Source of the DNA: Promethearchaeota archaeon Loki_b31 | Lineage (GTDB): Archaea; Asgardarchaeota; Lokiarchaeia; Sigyniarchaeales; SOKP01 | Assembly: GCA_005222975.1 (NCBI GenBank) | Contig: NJBI01000002.1 | Location: forward strand, 1-64,000 | Reading direction: 5' to 3' | DNA length: 64,000 nucleotides | Part shown: positions 50,858-61,247 of the stretch, in pieces | Position numbering within the stretch: the first letter of the stretch is position 1 | How the letters are laid out: every line of letters starts with the position of its first letter | The notes under the pieces: model-generated | What the model was told of the DNA's origin: nothing | Databases searched by the model: none | What the model saw: only the letters and a program-made list of their open reading frames with translations | Made by a program: the position numbers and the translations under genes

Positions 50858-51886
50858 CTAACTTTTTAATTCTTCCAAAACGCTTGGAACTATGATGAAA
50901 GGACACTCAAGATAGTATTTAAGTCTCATCTCCAGAGTTTCAACCGTTCGCATTCCGAACTGCGTTTGATACAGTTTGTTAATCTTTCTCATGGTCGATT
51001 CATCAACTACTTTTATCGACTTAACGTTCTTTAACGCCGGATATTTCTTAATTAGCACTTGGAAACGAAAGATTTGCTCCTCACACCTTATTAGCGTATC
51101 TACGGCACTTTTAAGCCAAGAATGACAATTTTCTGAAACAAGCCTTAATAAGAAGTTTAAAGAACATCGTTTTGCAGGGGAGAGGCGAAATTGATAATAA
51201 AATTTAGTCATGATTCTACGGATTGGGCGAAGCCACGGAAATTTTACCAGTGCTTTTCTTAACGCTTTCTTTTCGAATCGATCCATGTTTATTGGGTTCA
51301 TTAAAACCAAGTATTTTGCGTCTTGGAAACCAGATTTTAAGTCTTCTAATTCTTTGCGAAAAGAACGGATAATTGCCCTCCACGCTCGATAAACCCTTGA
51401 ATTAAAGGTTTTGAGCCCTTTCTCGGTAAGACCGTGTGCGGGAATGAACGACCCGCATTTTTCTTTTAATAGATTCGCACCTTTCCAGTGAGTCAATGAC
51501 AATTCACTCAAAAATTGGATGAAGCGAGTTTCAATCTTAGCAGGGTTGCTTAACGAAAAAAGTGAGCGGAGCTTCAAGTAGATCTGCCAAGCTTTTTTAG
51601 AATCGGCAAATTTTAATTCCCTTTGCTTGTTATTCCGTTTTTTCGCTTCAAACTCTAAAGAAAGGCGTCCTAAGGACGACAATTCCTGAATTTCATCTTG
51701 ATATTTTTCGTTTTTAAGCCTCGTTAACTCTTTTAATAAGCCCCTATTTAAAAGTTGAGGTGCGTGGAAGGCACATTTTAGAATTTGCTCTTCGTTAAAA
51801 AATTGTTTCACGCCAGCTTCAAGGCGGGCGGAAAAATCAATAGTCACGTAATTGATTGGTCCTAACCACTCTATTAATTTTTCCAC
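50858..51886 (-). CDS. Transposase C-terminal part (frame open upstream to ~52020)
   Basis: VTIDFS, CAFHAPQLLN, K..QTQFGMRT; reached by a -1 shift. Confidence 0.75.
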   Translation of the reverse strand: MEKLIEWLGPINYVTIDFSARLEAGVKQFFNEEQILKCAFHAPQLLNRGLLKELTRLKNEKYQDEIQELSSLGRLSLEFEAKKRNNKQRELKFADSKKAWQIYLKLRSLFSLSNPAKIETRFIQFLSELSLTHWKGANLLKEKCGSFIPAHGLTEKGLKTFNSRVYRAWRAIIRSFRKELEDLKSGFQDAKYLVLMNPINMDRFEKKALRKALVKFPWLRPIRRIMTKFYYQFRLSPAKRCSLNFLLRLVSENCHSWLKSAVDTLIRCEEQIFRFQVLIKKYPALKNVKSIKVVDESTMRKINKLYQTQFGMRTVETLEMRLKYYLECPFIIVPSVLEELKS

Positions 51887-51984
51887 GAAAAATGCCGTGT
51901 CTTCTTCGCTTTCGCTTTTAACTATGGCTCCTGCAAGGTTCTTTTTTGTAACTCGGTCGTTTGCTACGAGTATTCCTTTCTTGT

Positions 51985-52515
51985 CTACTTTTTTGTTCCC
52001 GTTTTGAGATCGTTTTTTTTTGTAGTCGCCGCTTTAAACGTCCCGTCAATGGAAATGAATCCCGAAAAATCTTTTGGAGGTTCTTCGTTAGAAAAATCAA
52101 CGTTTAATTCGCCCCGTTTTCCCTCTTTATCGACCCATAATTTAACTTCACTAACAGAAACTTCTACGTTATGTAACTCGTTAAGATCCTTAGTTACGCG
52201 ACGAATAGAATCTCCTTCTTTTAATATTCTTAATGTAGCGTATTTTATTACTCCGGGCATGTATGAAGTGCGAGGAGGTATGAGGGGATGCCTGATCGTG
52301 AATGTTTTCTTACAATCCTTACAAATGAATGTTACTTTCTCGTATCTTATCCGCCTACAGATCGTCGGCGTGCCAAGGTCTTGAATTGTTCGCATTTTAT
52401 ACGTTTTGCGTTTAATTTTTTCGCTACCGCAAGAGGGACATTTTTCAGGGAAGAAATCTGCGTCCGAATGCTCGCGAATTTCAACTTCTAACTTATCTTC
52501 GTGTTTTTTTTCCAT
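51985..52515 (-). CDS. Transposase N-terminal part (zinc finger, HTH, first catalytic Asp)
   Basis: CPSCG..., CKDC, SIDGT. Confidence 0.8.
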   Translation of the reverse strand: MEKKHEDKLEVEIREHSDADFFPEKCPSCGSEKIKRKTYKMRTIQDLGTPTICRRIRYEKVTFICKDCKKTFTIRHPLIPPRTSYMPGVIKYATLRILKEGDSIRRVTKDLNELHNVEVSVSEVKLWVDKEGKRGELNVDFSNEEPPKDFSGFISIDGTFKAATTKKNDLKTGTKK

Positions 52516-52818
52516 GAATAATATTTGTTTTTTGAAGATTTAAGTTTTTTGTTTCAATTGGTTGGTAGAATTGGAGGATACGGGAATTGAGATGCGTAAT
52601 AAGAAGCAAGCTATACTTTTTAGAGGAAATTTACTTGATAAGCTAAATAAGTTGAATAAAACACAAATTTTGTCGAATGAAAACACTTAAATGATTTATT
52701 AGCTATTCTTTAATAAACATACTCTATTTTTTAAAAGAATTAGCAATTGATTTTTTAATTTTAAAATCTAATTTTTATAAATTGATGTTGATTTCGTTCT
52801 TATGCTAATTATTTTGAC

Positions 52819-53511
52819 TTAAAGACCGCTCGTACTTGTAAGAAGAACCATAATATAATCGGCAACGCCTTCAATAGAATCGGAAATAGCTTCCAAAATA
52901 TCGAATATGTTTCCTATAGTAAAAATTGTAAAAAAATTTACGTTGTAGTCTGTTTCTTGAAGGCTTTTTCTTAATTTAATATTTAATAGGTCCACTTCGT
53001 GTTCGTATTGATTTATTAGCTTAGCGTACGGTCTCACATTTTTCCTTTCTTCCACTAAATCAATCACAAGCTTATCTAAATATTCAACTGCTTCTACGGT
53101 TGTTTCTATTATTTTCAAGATAATACTTACAGTCTCTTCGCTACATTGTTCCCAAAAACTTATTGGTATCGTAAGAATTCTTCGAGCAACACCAGTACTA
53201 CAATTTGCTACATCATCCAATCTTTTTACTAAATGTGATAAGTTTTGTCTTATGCTGGGGTTTAATTCTCCTTTAGAGACGTCTTTTTGGATTCTCCTTC
53301 TTAATTTATCCGCATCGTCTTCTAGAAGATCAACTTTTAGAAAATTTTTATTAGCTTTTTCGAGATTTTTGTCTTTTAATAATAAATTTAACCCAACTTC
53401 TAATTCTTTCACGCATTCTTGAACGATTTGCGCGTGTTTGATCGTTTTTTCCAAGACATTTAAAGCCGTTTCTCTTTTTAAAAATTCTATTAATGAACCC
53501 ATTTTTATCAC
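52819..53511 (-). CDS. DUF47/PhoU-like phosphate transport regulator
   Basis: LEDDADKLRR, LDDVAN, YEHEVD, LEAISDSIE. Confidence 0.88.
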   Translation of the reverse strand: MIKMGSLIEFLKRETALNVLEKTIKHAQIVQECVKELEVGLNLLLKDKNLEKANKNFLKVDLLEDDADKLRRRIQKDVSKGELNPSIRQNLSHLVKRLDDVANCSTGVARRILTIPISFWEQCSEETVSIILKIIETTVEAVEYLDKLVIDLVEERKNVRPYAKLINQYEHEVDLLNIKLRKSLQETDYNVNFFTIFTIGNIFDILEAISDSIEGVADYIMVLLTSTSGL

Positions 53512-53564
53512 ATTTTTTTATTTTTTTGTAATGCTCTATATTACAATATATTATATATATTTTA

Positions 53565-54596
53565 TTAGGTTAATCCAAATAAATTAAATCCAAAATAAAT
53601 AAACCCAGCAAAAGCAGCAGCTATTGGAAAAGTAAGAACCCAATATATCCCCATTTTTCCTAATCCTTTATAATCTACTTCTTTTTTTTGAGCTAAACCC
53701 ATACCAATTATACAAAATACGATGACGTGACTATGAGATATTGGTAAACTTAATAATGTAGCAACCATCAAAATTAAGGCAGTACTTAATTGAATAATTA
53801 AACCTTCGCTCGGACGAGAATCAATCATTTGCGACGCTAAGTTTCTAATTACATATCGTGCGGCAATATATATTCCAATACAAGAAGCAATCCCGCATAT
53901 AAATGCGTAGAATAAATACTGCCCCATATCCAACGAGCCATTGTCCAATAACCCATAAAGGATACCTAAGGCCTCGCCCGAATTTGCTCCCACCCATATC
54001 TCGGCAAAGATAACAGTAATTAACAATAACCATTTGAAAATCTTTTCAGAATTCTCGATCTGGTTCAAACCTTTTAATTTGGATAAATAAGTTTTAGCAA
54101 TTATTTTAAAAAGTACAAAAGTAATAATTAAACCAAACACAGGCGATATAAACCAACTAAGGACAACATTTCCCAATTTAACCCAATTAAACGATGTTTC
54201 TGGATTTACTCCTCCTTGTAAAAAAGAATACACGATTACAACTCCAACTATGCTCCCTATTAATGAGTGAGTGCTGCTTAAAGGAATTCCCGCGAAACTC
54301 CCAATTACTAACCAAATTATACTGCTTATCAAAACAGTTAACAACATAAAAGTAGTATAAGTTAAACCCTCTCCTAATAAATCAGCACCTACAGTTTTTG
54401 CTACAAACGCAAAGCTAAAGGAGAACATCCCAGCACCAACGGCTATACCCCCAATTAATAATGCAACCTTAAACTTCAAAACTCCTGCTCCTACTAACGA
54501 AGATAAAGTTTCGTCATTAGCGCCTATAGCGAATGCAAGGGAGATTGCCAAAAAAATTAAAACGATAACTAAAATTGAAGTTAGGTCGCCCGCCAT
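53565..54596 (-). CDS. PiT family inorganic phosphate transporter
   Basis: GAND, PLSSTHS, PISHSH, W.LT.P; multiple TM segments. Confidence 0.9.
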   Translation of the reverse strand: MAGDLTSILVIVLIFLAISLAFAIGANDETLSSLVGAGVLKFKVALLIGGIAVGAGMFSFSFAFVAKTVGADLLGEGLTYTTFMLLTVLISSIIWLVIGSFAGIPLSSTHSLIGSIVGVVIVYSFLQGGVNPETSFNWVKLGNVVLSWFISPVFGLIITFVLFKIIAKTYLSKLKGLNQIENSEKIFKWLLLITVIFAEIWVGANSGEALGILYGLLDNGSLDMGQYLFYAFICGIASCIGIYIAARYVIRNLASQMIDSRPSEGLIIQLSTALILMVATLLSLPISHSHVIVFCIIGMGLAQKKEVDYKGLGKMGIYWVLTFPIAAAFAGFIYFGFNLFGLT

Positions 54597-54617
54597 ATTA
54601 AATCGTAGTTTTATATT

Positions 54618-55280
54618 TTAATCGAAAATTAAATATTTAGTCGCTAAAAATTGAATGTACTCTGAAAAACTCTTGATGTGGTCAGCCAACATCATTACAC
54701 CTTCTATTAATTCTTTCAAGTAAAGGAAGGTCCTTGATAAATAATCCATATCATAATTATACAGCCTGTTAAGAAGTTGCCACTCTTCTATTCTCATCTT
54801 ACGCCTTTCGTTTTTGATATTTTCGCAGATATCGTGAGCTTTGATTAAATCAGAACCAATAAATTTGATTGCGTCTGTTAATTGACTTGAAATCAATTTT
54901 AATGATTTAAGTATATTCAGTATTTGGAGTTTAAACTCTTCATCAGGAAATACAACTCTATAAAGGAGCATTTTGTTAGCAGAAAATTCTCCAATATTTT
55001 TGATATCGTTAATTTTATTAAATAGTTTTAGCCTATCCGCCTTTGAAAACATTAACTTAGATTTAAATATCTTAGATTCAAAAGCTTTTTTGATTCGAAC
55101 TTCAGTGTTAGTCTCAATGACATAATTTAGGTTTTGTGTGAAATTGTCAAAATCTTCCTCGACAAGAAATTCAATACCTTCAATTAATTTCAAATTTTGT
55201 TCGTTTATGTTGTCAACAAATAAGTGCGTTAATTCATCAATACTTAATTTTTTTAGCTCTTTCTCACTTATCTCCTTCAT
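54618..55280 (-). CDS. Divergent DUF47-like protein
   Basis: Helical, FSKADR..L, LADHI; upstream of pit. Confidence 0.6.
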   Translation of the reverse strand: MKEISEKELKKLSIDELTHLFVDNINEQNLKLIEGIEFLVEEDFDNFTQNLNYVIETNTEVRIKKAFESKIFKSKLMFSKADRLKLFNKINDIKNIGEFSANKMLLYRVVFPDEEFKLQILNILKSLKLISSQLTDAIKFIGSDLIKAHDICENIKNERRKMRIEEWQLLNRLYNYDMDYLSRTFLYLKELIEGVMMLADHIKSFSEYIQFLATKYLIFD

Positions 55281-55460
55281 ACTGAATATAACCCTTGAGA
55301 ATTCTTAAATTTTTGATATATACGATATATATAATTAATAATTTCTATTGGGAATTTAATTTTACCATTTTTTTATTAATACCAAAATATATACATTGTA
55401 TGTTAGAAAACTAGTAGCCTTACTTGAAATTTAAATTAATTTTTTTATTATCACCTTAAG

Positions 55461-55706
55461 ATGCGCAATGTTCAAAAGTTCTACTTTTTTCGGTGTTATC
55501 ACTGTGGTGAATGGTTTTATAGCAATAAGATATTAAAATCAAAAAAATGTTGGAAATGTAGTCGGTCGTTTCAGTTTAAAAATTCTTTTAAAATTTCCAA
55601 GATGGTAACGCTCCAAGAAGCCATTAAAACTATCAAGAAACTAAAGATGAGTGGAGAAAAAGAATCTCTTTTTTATTATCTTAACCCAAAAGATAATTTT
55701 AAATGA
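55461..55706 (+). CDS. Small zinc-ribbon protein (DUF1922-like)
   Basis: FRCYHCG...KKCWKC. Confidence 0.65.
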   Translation: MRNVQKFYFFRCYHCGEWFYSNKILKSKKCWKCSRSFQFKNSFKISKMVTLQEAIKTIKKLKMSGEKESLFYYLNPKDNFK

Positions 55707-55811
55707 AAATTATTATAAAAAATAAAATTATTTAAACCTCTATTCTTCAATCTTTTTAAGATTCTAAATATAATATTATTAAATTTTTATTAATAATTCA
55801 TATACGGTGAT

Positions 55812-57275
55812 TTGGTGAATACTACGGAAATTAAAGACGAATTAAAGCTATTTGATAACAGTTTTATAAATCACTTAACTCAAGAAGCGGGAAACCAGAT
55901 CGATTATTGGGACATAAGAGCAACGATAAGCAATGGAACAACTATAGATTTTACGGATCAAAAAAGTACAGAAATCTCTTCCTATGAAATTACAAATTGT
56001 GGAATACGAACTTTTGTAAATGGGGGAGTAGGATTTTATGTGTTGAAAGATCTTAACAAAGATTTAATTAAAACAAGCTTTTTGAAATCGATTAAGCTAG
56101 CTAAATTAACAGAGTCTTTATCAAAACACAAGTTCAAAATCAAAGAAGTTGATCCTATTAGGAAAAACTTTAAAATTAAGAGTAAGAGAAAGCTTGCAGA
56201 TGTAGATATTGAAGAAAAGATTCTTCTCGTAAAACATCACGAAAAGCTTGCATCTACTTATTCTAAAAAGGTAAAAAATACGCATACGATTTACATGGAT
56301 GGCGTTAAAAGCTATGTTTTTATAAACTCGTTTGGTAGTAATATTTATCAAGATTTTTCATATTTACGCTTACTGAACATAGTTTATTCCCAAAAAGGGG
56401 GTGTAATCCAAAGATCGATTAATTCTGTCGGAGGTTTAGGGGGGTTCGAAATATTATCTACAGAAAAAGCAGAAAATTTAAGCGTTAAAACAGCAAAAGA
56501 ATCGATTCAATTATTAGAAGCAAAATCTCCTGTTGGAGGAAAATTTACGATTATAGCCGATCCTAAACTTGCCGGAACCTTAATTCACGAAGCACTTGGA
56601 CACGCTTGTGAAGCAGATTTGGTTTTGAGCAAAGAAAGCATATTGGAAGGAAAGATTGGTCAAGAAGTGGCTTTTGACGATATTAATGTAGTAGATGATC
56701 CCTCAATGGGACAAGGTTCTAAATTTGGATTACCATATGAGTTATTTGGGAGTTATTTTGTAGACGATGAAGGTATCCCTTCCCAAAAAACAGTACTAAT
56801 TGAAAATGGAGTGTTTAAAAATTATTTACATAACTTAGAAACCTCTTCTAGAATGAATGTACCTCCAAATGGCCATGGAAGAGCTTCATCTAGCTCTTCT
56901 AAACCTCAAGTTCGAATGGGATTTACTTATATCGAACCAAAAGACTGGAATGTCGATGAAATGATTCAAGACACAAAAAACGGAATTCTTTGTGAAGATT
57001 TTTTATACGGTTATACGAATCCGACCACAGGAAACTTCCAATTTAAGTGTAAGTTTTCCTATAAAATTAAAAATGGAGAAAAACAGGAATTGATGAGAGA
57101 TGTTGCGTTGTCAGGTATGATTTTAGAAGTTTTAAAAAAAATCTCCGCTATTGGTGATAATAATACATTCACCTTTTCATCTGGAATATGTGGTAAGGGT
57201 GGCCAGAGCGTTCATGTAAGTGATGGAGGGCCATACATTAGGATCGACAATATAACCGTAGGGGGATTGAATTAA
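55812..57275 (+). CDS. tldD: TldD metalloprotease
   Basis: HEALGHACEAD, DDEG, GHGRA, CGKGGQ...GGP. Confidence 0.92.
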   Translation: MVNTTEIKDELKLFDNSFINHLTQEAGNQIDYWDIRATISNGTTIDFTDQKSTEISSYEITNCGIRTFVNGGVGFYVLKDLNKDLIKTSFLKSIKLAKLTESLSKHKFKIKEVDPIRKNFKIKSKRKLADVDIEEKILLVKHHEKLASTYSKKVKNTHTIYMDGVKSYVFINSFGSNIYQDFSYLRLLNIVYSQKGGVIQRSINSVGGLGGFEILSTEKAENLSVKTAKESIQLLEAKSPVGGKFTIIADPKLAGTLIHEALGHACEADLVLSKESILEGKIGQEVAFDDINVVDDPSMGQGSKFGLPYELFGSYFVDDEGIPSQKTVLIENGVFKNYLHNLETSSRMNVPPNGHGRASSSSSKPQVRMGFTYIEPKDWNVDEMIQDTKNGILCEDFLYGYTNPTTGNFQFKCKFSYKIKNGEKQELMRDVALSGMILEVLKKISAIGDNNTFTFSSGICGKGGQSVHVSDGGPYIRIDNITVGGLN

Positions 57276-58652
57276 ATGGATAATACGATTGATATTTTTG
57301 AGCTTGCCAATTATGGGATAAAAATCGCCGAAAAAAAAGCTCCAAATTTTAAATGCGCAGAAATTTTCGTTGGCAAGAACGAATATACTAATATTGAACT
57401 CGAAGAAAATTCAATAAAATACAGTGAAATTGGAAGTGACCATGGAGTTTCGATTAGAATTTACAATAAAAGAGGTTCTCTAGGGTTTGCGTTTACAAAC
57501 AAATTAAATAAAAGAATTATTGAAAAAATTATTAAAAACGCTATAAAAATGATGAATGCAGGCACTGCCGATCCTAACTTTCAAAATTTGCCATTAAAAT
57601 ACAAAACTTATCCTAATGTTAAACAATTATACGATATCAGTATAAAAACATTAACCATCGAAGACTCAATTGAATACGTTAAAGAATTGATTAAAGTATG
57701 TAAAGACGATGACTTAGCGATTTCTCAATCTGGTGATTTCACATCTAATTGCAATATCTCCTATGTATTCAATTCAAATGATATTGAAGTGTTTGAAAAA
57801 GAAACCGAATTTTCAATTTCATCAAACATTATTGTAAAAAATAAAAGTACTGGAGAGACTTCAAATGGGTACGAATCCCAAATGAAAAGAAAACTAAAGG
57901 ATATTAACGGAATAAATACCGCGATTGAAGCTTTAAAAAACGCGAAAAGAAATCTTAATAGAATTAAAATTAAGACCAAAAAGATGCCTATAATTTTATC
58001 TCCTAAAGGGACTATTAATCTTATTTTAAACCCAATTGCTTCCGCCATAAACGCAGAACAATTTCAATATAAACGAAGTTTTCTGGTTGATAAGAGAGAA
58101 GAAGTTATTGGTTCTGAATATTTAACTCTTGAAGATAACGCATTGATAGATGGTGCTGTAGGATCTAGTAATTTCGATGGAGAGGGCGTCCCTTGCAAAA
58201 ATAAAAAAATTATTGATGAAGGAATTTTTTTGAAATCGGGCTTATTACACAACAGTTATACAGCAGGGAAGGAAGGCGTTGAAAGCACTGGAAACGCTTC
58301 TAGAAGGTCCTTTAGTTCTGTCCCTTCCATAGGTATATCAAATTTCGTTATGCAAACTGGAACTTCTTCTATAGAAGAAATGATACAAGATGTTAAAGAG
58401 GGCATATTCTTAAATTCTACCGGAGATTCTGCAAATATTGCTACAGGGGACTTTAGTGGATTAATCTCTCAAGGAAATTTAATTATAGATGGAGAAATAA
58501 AACAAGCTTTAAATGAAACTATGTTTGGAATAAATCTATTGGATTTATTTAAAAATATTGATGCCGTATCAAAAGATTATAGAATTTATGGGCCATTTAA
58601 AGCCCCGTATGTAAGGGTTAACGATGTACAAATTATAGGATCTAAAAATTAA
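57276..58652 (+). CDS. pmbA: TldE/PmbA
   Basis: FDGEG, STGNA.R, ATGDFS; no HExxH; paired with tldD. Confidence 0.88.
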   Translation: MDNTIDIFELANYGIKIAEKKAPNFKCAEIFVGKNEYTNIELEENSIKYSEIGSDHGVSIRIYNKRGSLGFAFTNKLNKRIIEKIIKNAIKMMNAGTADPNFQNLPLKYKTYPNVKQLYDISIKTLTIEDSIEYVKELIKVCKDDDLAISQSGDFTSNCNISYVFNSNDIEVFEKETEFSISSNIIVKNKSTGETSNGYESQMKRKLKDINGINTAIEALKNAKRNLNRIKIKTKKMPIILSPKGTINLILNPIASAINAEQFQYKRSFLVDKREEVIGSEYLTLEDNALIDGAVGSSNFDGEGVPCKNKKIIDEGIFLKSGLLHNSYTAGKEGVESTGNASRRSFSSVPSIGISNFVMQTGTSSIEEMIQDVKEGIFLNSTGDSANIATGDFSGLISQGNLIIDGEIKQALNETMFGINLLDLFKNIDAVSKDYRIYGPFKAPYVRVNDVQIIGSKN

Positions 58653-58691
58653 ATTATTATGATTTAGTTTATTGCTATAATTTCACGATTA

Positions 58692-59216
58692 TTAAAAAGT
58701 AATATTTAATTTTAAAAATACCACATCATAAAATCTTCTAATACCTACAGAAGGGATTTCCCATAATTCCGCAATTATAATTTGATTCATTCCGGCCTGT
58801 GAAAAGGAAACATTAAATGCACTTGAAATCCAAACCTCTCTATGATGTAAAGTAATTGTCGACGAATTTACAAATGAGGTCGCGTTTAACGAGGGTGATG
58901 AGCCTAGTACAGTATCGTTATTTCCCTTCAAAATTTCTATATGGAATGAAAAATCCCGATTTAAATAATTTCCAACAGAAATATAAAAAGTAATATTTTC
59001 ATCAACTGCAGCATTTGTAGGGTAATTTTCTGCTTTTTTGTCAGAATTCAAAATACCAAGATACCAATAACCCGGTTTAGGAGTTAATACGGCATAAATT
59101 ATAAAGCCAGATACAATAATTATACCGATAATTAAGAGAATCTTGAGAATTTTATCAAATTCTTCATAACTGTTAAGTACTTTTTTTTTTCCTTCTTTAA
59201 GATTCATTTTGAACAT
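58692..59216 (-). CDS. DUF1616 family membrane-anchored protein
   Basis: TM then IL...KAENYPT, V.N, C-terminal L.LNI. Confidence 0.7.
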   Translation of the reverse strand: MFKMNLKEGKKKVLNSYEEFDKILKILLIIGIIIVSGFIIYAVLTPKPGYWYLGILNSDKKAENYPTNAAVDENITFYISVGNYLNRDFSFHIEILKGNNDTVLGSSPSLNATSFVNSSTITLHHREVWISSAFNVSFSQAGMNQIIIAELWEIPSVGIRRFYDVVFLKLNITF

Positions 59217-60270
59217 TATCTTTAAACCAAGCTATTGTTTTCAATAACCCATCTTTTAGAGAAGTTGTAGGTTGCCAATTTAGAATTTTTTTAGCTTTTC
59301 TTAAATCAGCAGATCTTCTAACAGGATCGTCAATAGGTAAAGACTTGAATACAATTTCTGAATTAGAATTAGTCAATTCTGTTATGATTTTAGCTAATTG
59401 TAAAATAGTGTATTCTTTATCGTTACCCAAATTAATCACTTCTCCAATTGCTTCGTCTTTATAAACTGTCTTTAAAATTCCTTCAATCTCATCTACAACA
59501 TAAATGAAAGAGCGAGTTTGAGAACCATCGCCAAAAATTGTTATATCTTCGTCGCTTAACGCTTGACGAATAAAGTTTGGAACAACTCTTCCAAACTCCG
59601 GCCCAGATCTGATTCTTGGTCCCGAAGTGTTAAAGATTCTTACTACCTTCGTTCTCATTTCGTGTTGTAATTCATACGCCTTGACAAAAGCTTCTCCAGC
59701 CCTTTTAGACTCATCGTAACAACTTCTGGGACCTACAGGGTTTACATGCCCAAAATAGGTCTCAGATGTCGGAATTGCTTCATCGGGAGGATTACCATAC
59801 ACTTCCGAAGTACTTGTATAGAAAAATAACGCATTATGGGCTTTCGCAATACCTAAAGCGTTCATGGTTCCAAGAGTATTACTTTTTAGTATTGGAATTG
59901 GAAATCTTTTGAATTCAAATGGAGACGCCCTGCTAGCCATATGCATAACAATATCAATTCTCTTAATATCGCCCACGCAAATCCCGTTTGGATGATGAGT
60001 CAATCCAAAATAAATAGGTTTAGAAATATCGTGATTAATAAAACGGAAATATTCTTTTTCCATCAAATGAGAGATGTTATCGAACCTCCCTGAAGATAAA
60101 TTATCTAAACATATGCAATATGCCCCTTGTTTTACTAGAACATCGCACACCCAAGAACCTAGGAATCCTGCGCCTCCAGTTACTAAAATAGTTTTATCTT
60201 GAAATGAAATATTATCTTTTCTTAGGCGATTAATTATTTCAGTAATATCATCTTGTATCTTATAAGTCAT
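59197..60270 (-). CDS. UDP-glucuronate decarboxylase-like NAD-dependent epimerase/dehydratase
   Basis: TGGAGFLGS, ASRASP, STSEVYG, RSCYDESKR, GDGSQTRSF. Confidence 0.9.
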   Translation of the reverse strand: MTYKIQDDITEIINRLRKDNISFQDKTILVTGGAGFLGSWVCDVLVKQGAYCICLDNLSSGRFDNISHLMEKEYFRFINHDISKPIYFGLTHHPNGICVGDIKRIDIVMHMASRASPFEFKRFPIPILKSNTLGTMNALGIAKAHNALFFYTSTSEVYGNPPDEAIPTSETYFGHVNPVGPRSCYDESKRAGEAFVKAYELQHEMRTKVVRIFNTSGPRIRSGPEFGRVVPNFIRQALSDEDITIFGDGSQTRSFIYVVDEIEGILKTVYKDEAIGEVINLGNDKEYTILQLAKIITELTNSNSEIVFKSLPIDDPVRRSADLRKAKKILNWQPTTSLKDGLLKTIAWFKDNVQNES

Positions 60271-60342
60271 TTTTACAACGCCTTTTTATCTTTATAAAAT
60301 TTTCAAAAAATTATAAATAATTAATTTCCTAATATAGTAGAA

Positions 60343-60933
60343 TTAGCGAGTTTTTTCCCCACAATATTGGCAGTATTTTAGCTCTAAGGGATAAAATTTA
60401 TTACAACTAGAACATTTTTTTAAAGAATTCTTGAGAATCTGTCGTCCAAGCATCTCGAAGACATTTTCTACATTTTCTCCCGTCTTTGAAGAAACTCCAA
60501 TTATTTCTCCTTGAAATTTGTATTTATTAAATAGTTCGTTAGCGTCTTCATGTTTGACTTCCCTTTGGTTTTCTAAATCAATCTTAGCTTCAATCATTAA
60601 TTTTGTTTTTGGAGAATTTGGAACTGAAGTAATAACCTTAACCCAATCGTGAAGATCTTTTAAGGAATCTCTATTCGTAATGTCATATAGAATAAGAGCT
60701 CCAGAAGCGCCCGAGACGTAAGAGGGTAATAAAAGACGAAACTTTTTTTCTCCAGCAAAATCCCAAATGTTGAGAAGTATCTCTGTATCGTCCACTACAA
60801 CCTTTTTTGTTTCGAAATCAACCCCTATTGTCGATAAAGTTGATTTATCAAACTTTCCAGTGGCATAGCGCCTAATGAGAGATGTTTTTCCTACATTTTT
60901 AGCACCTGCTACTATTACTTTAAATTTGATAAT
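60343..60933 (-). CDS. Rab-like small GTPase with C-terminal zinc ribbon (probable ATT start; ORF track starts at 60795)
   Basis: KFKVIVAGAKNVGKTS, TIGVDF, WDFAGE, AKID, SSKTG; CSSC...CQYC. Confidence 0.9.
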   Translation of the reverse strand: MIKFKVIVAGAKNVGKTSLIRRYATGKFDKSTLSTIGVDFETKKVVVDDTEILLNIWDFAGEKKFRLLLPSYVSGASGALILYDITNRDSLKDLHDWVKVITSVPNSPKTKLMIEAKIDLENQREVKHEDANELFNKYKFQGEIIGVSSKTGENVENVFEMLGRQILKNSLKKCSSCNKFYPLELKYCQYCGEKTR

Positions 60934-61247
60934 TGTTTTTACACCAAGTTTTTTTGATTATAATCTTATTATTGTAAATATTAGAATAAAAGTATTAATC
61001 TTTAATCATAAAAATTTTATTACTAAATTTAATTGTTTGTTTTTTCAATTTTTAAAAAATTTCTCATGCAATTATGAAATTTTATTACAACCTTTTTAGT
61101 ATTATTTGCCATAAAAAGTATCCTTTTATTTCTAGAATTCAATTTTAAATAAAAAAATACTAAATTTACTTCCACGCGTGTGTTCTTTCGCTTTTACATT
61201 AAAAACTATAAGCAATATTTTAATAGAAAAAAAAATATTGTCAAATC

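Larger units (their letters stand above)
50858..52515 (-). mobile_element. ISL3-like insertion sequence transposase split into two ORFs
   Basis: zf-ISL3 (CPSC...RTIQDL...CKDC), HTH, ISIDGT, TIDF, CAFH; ORFs joined by a -1 frameshift; element ends not identified. Confidence 0.75.

Noticed and set aside
50523-52818. Terminal inverted repeats and target duplication of the IS
   Set aside because: Only short ataagaa matches; no convincing IR pair found by eye
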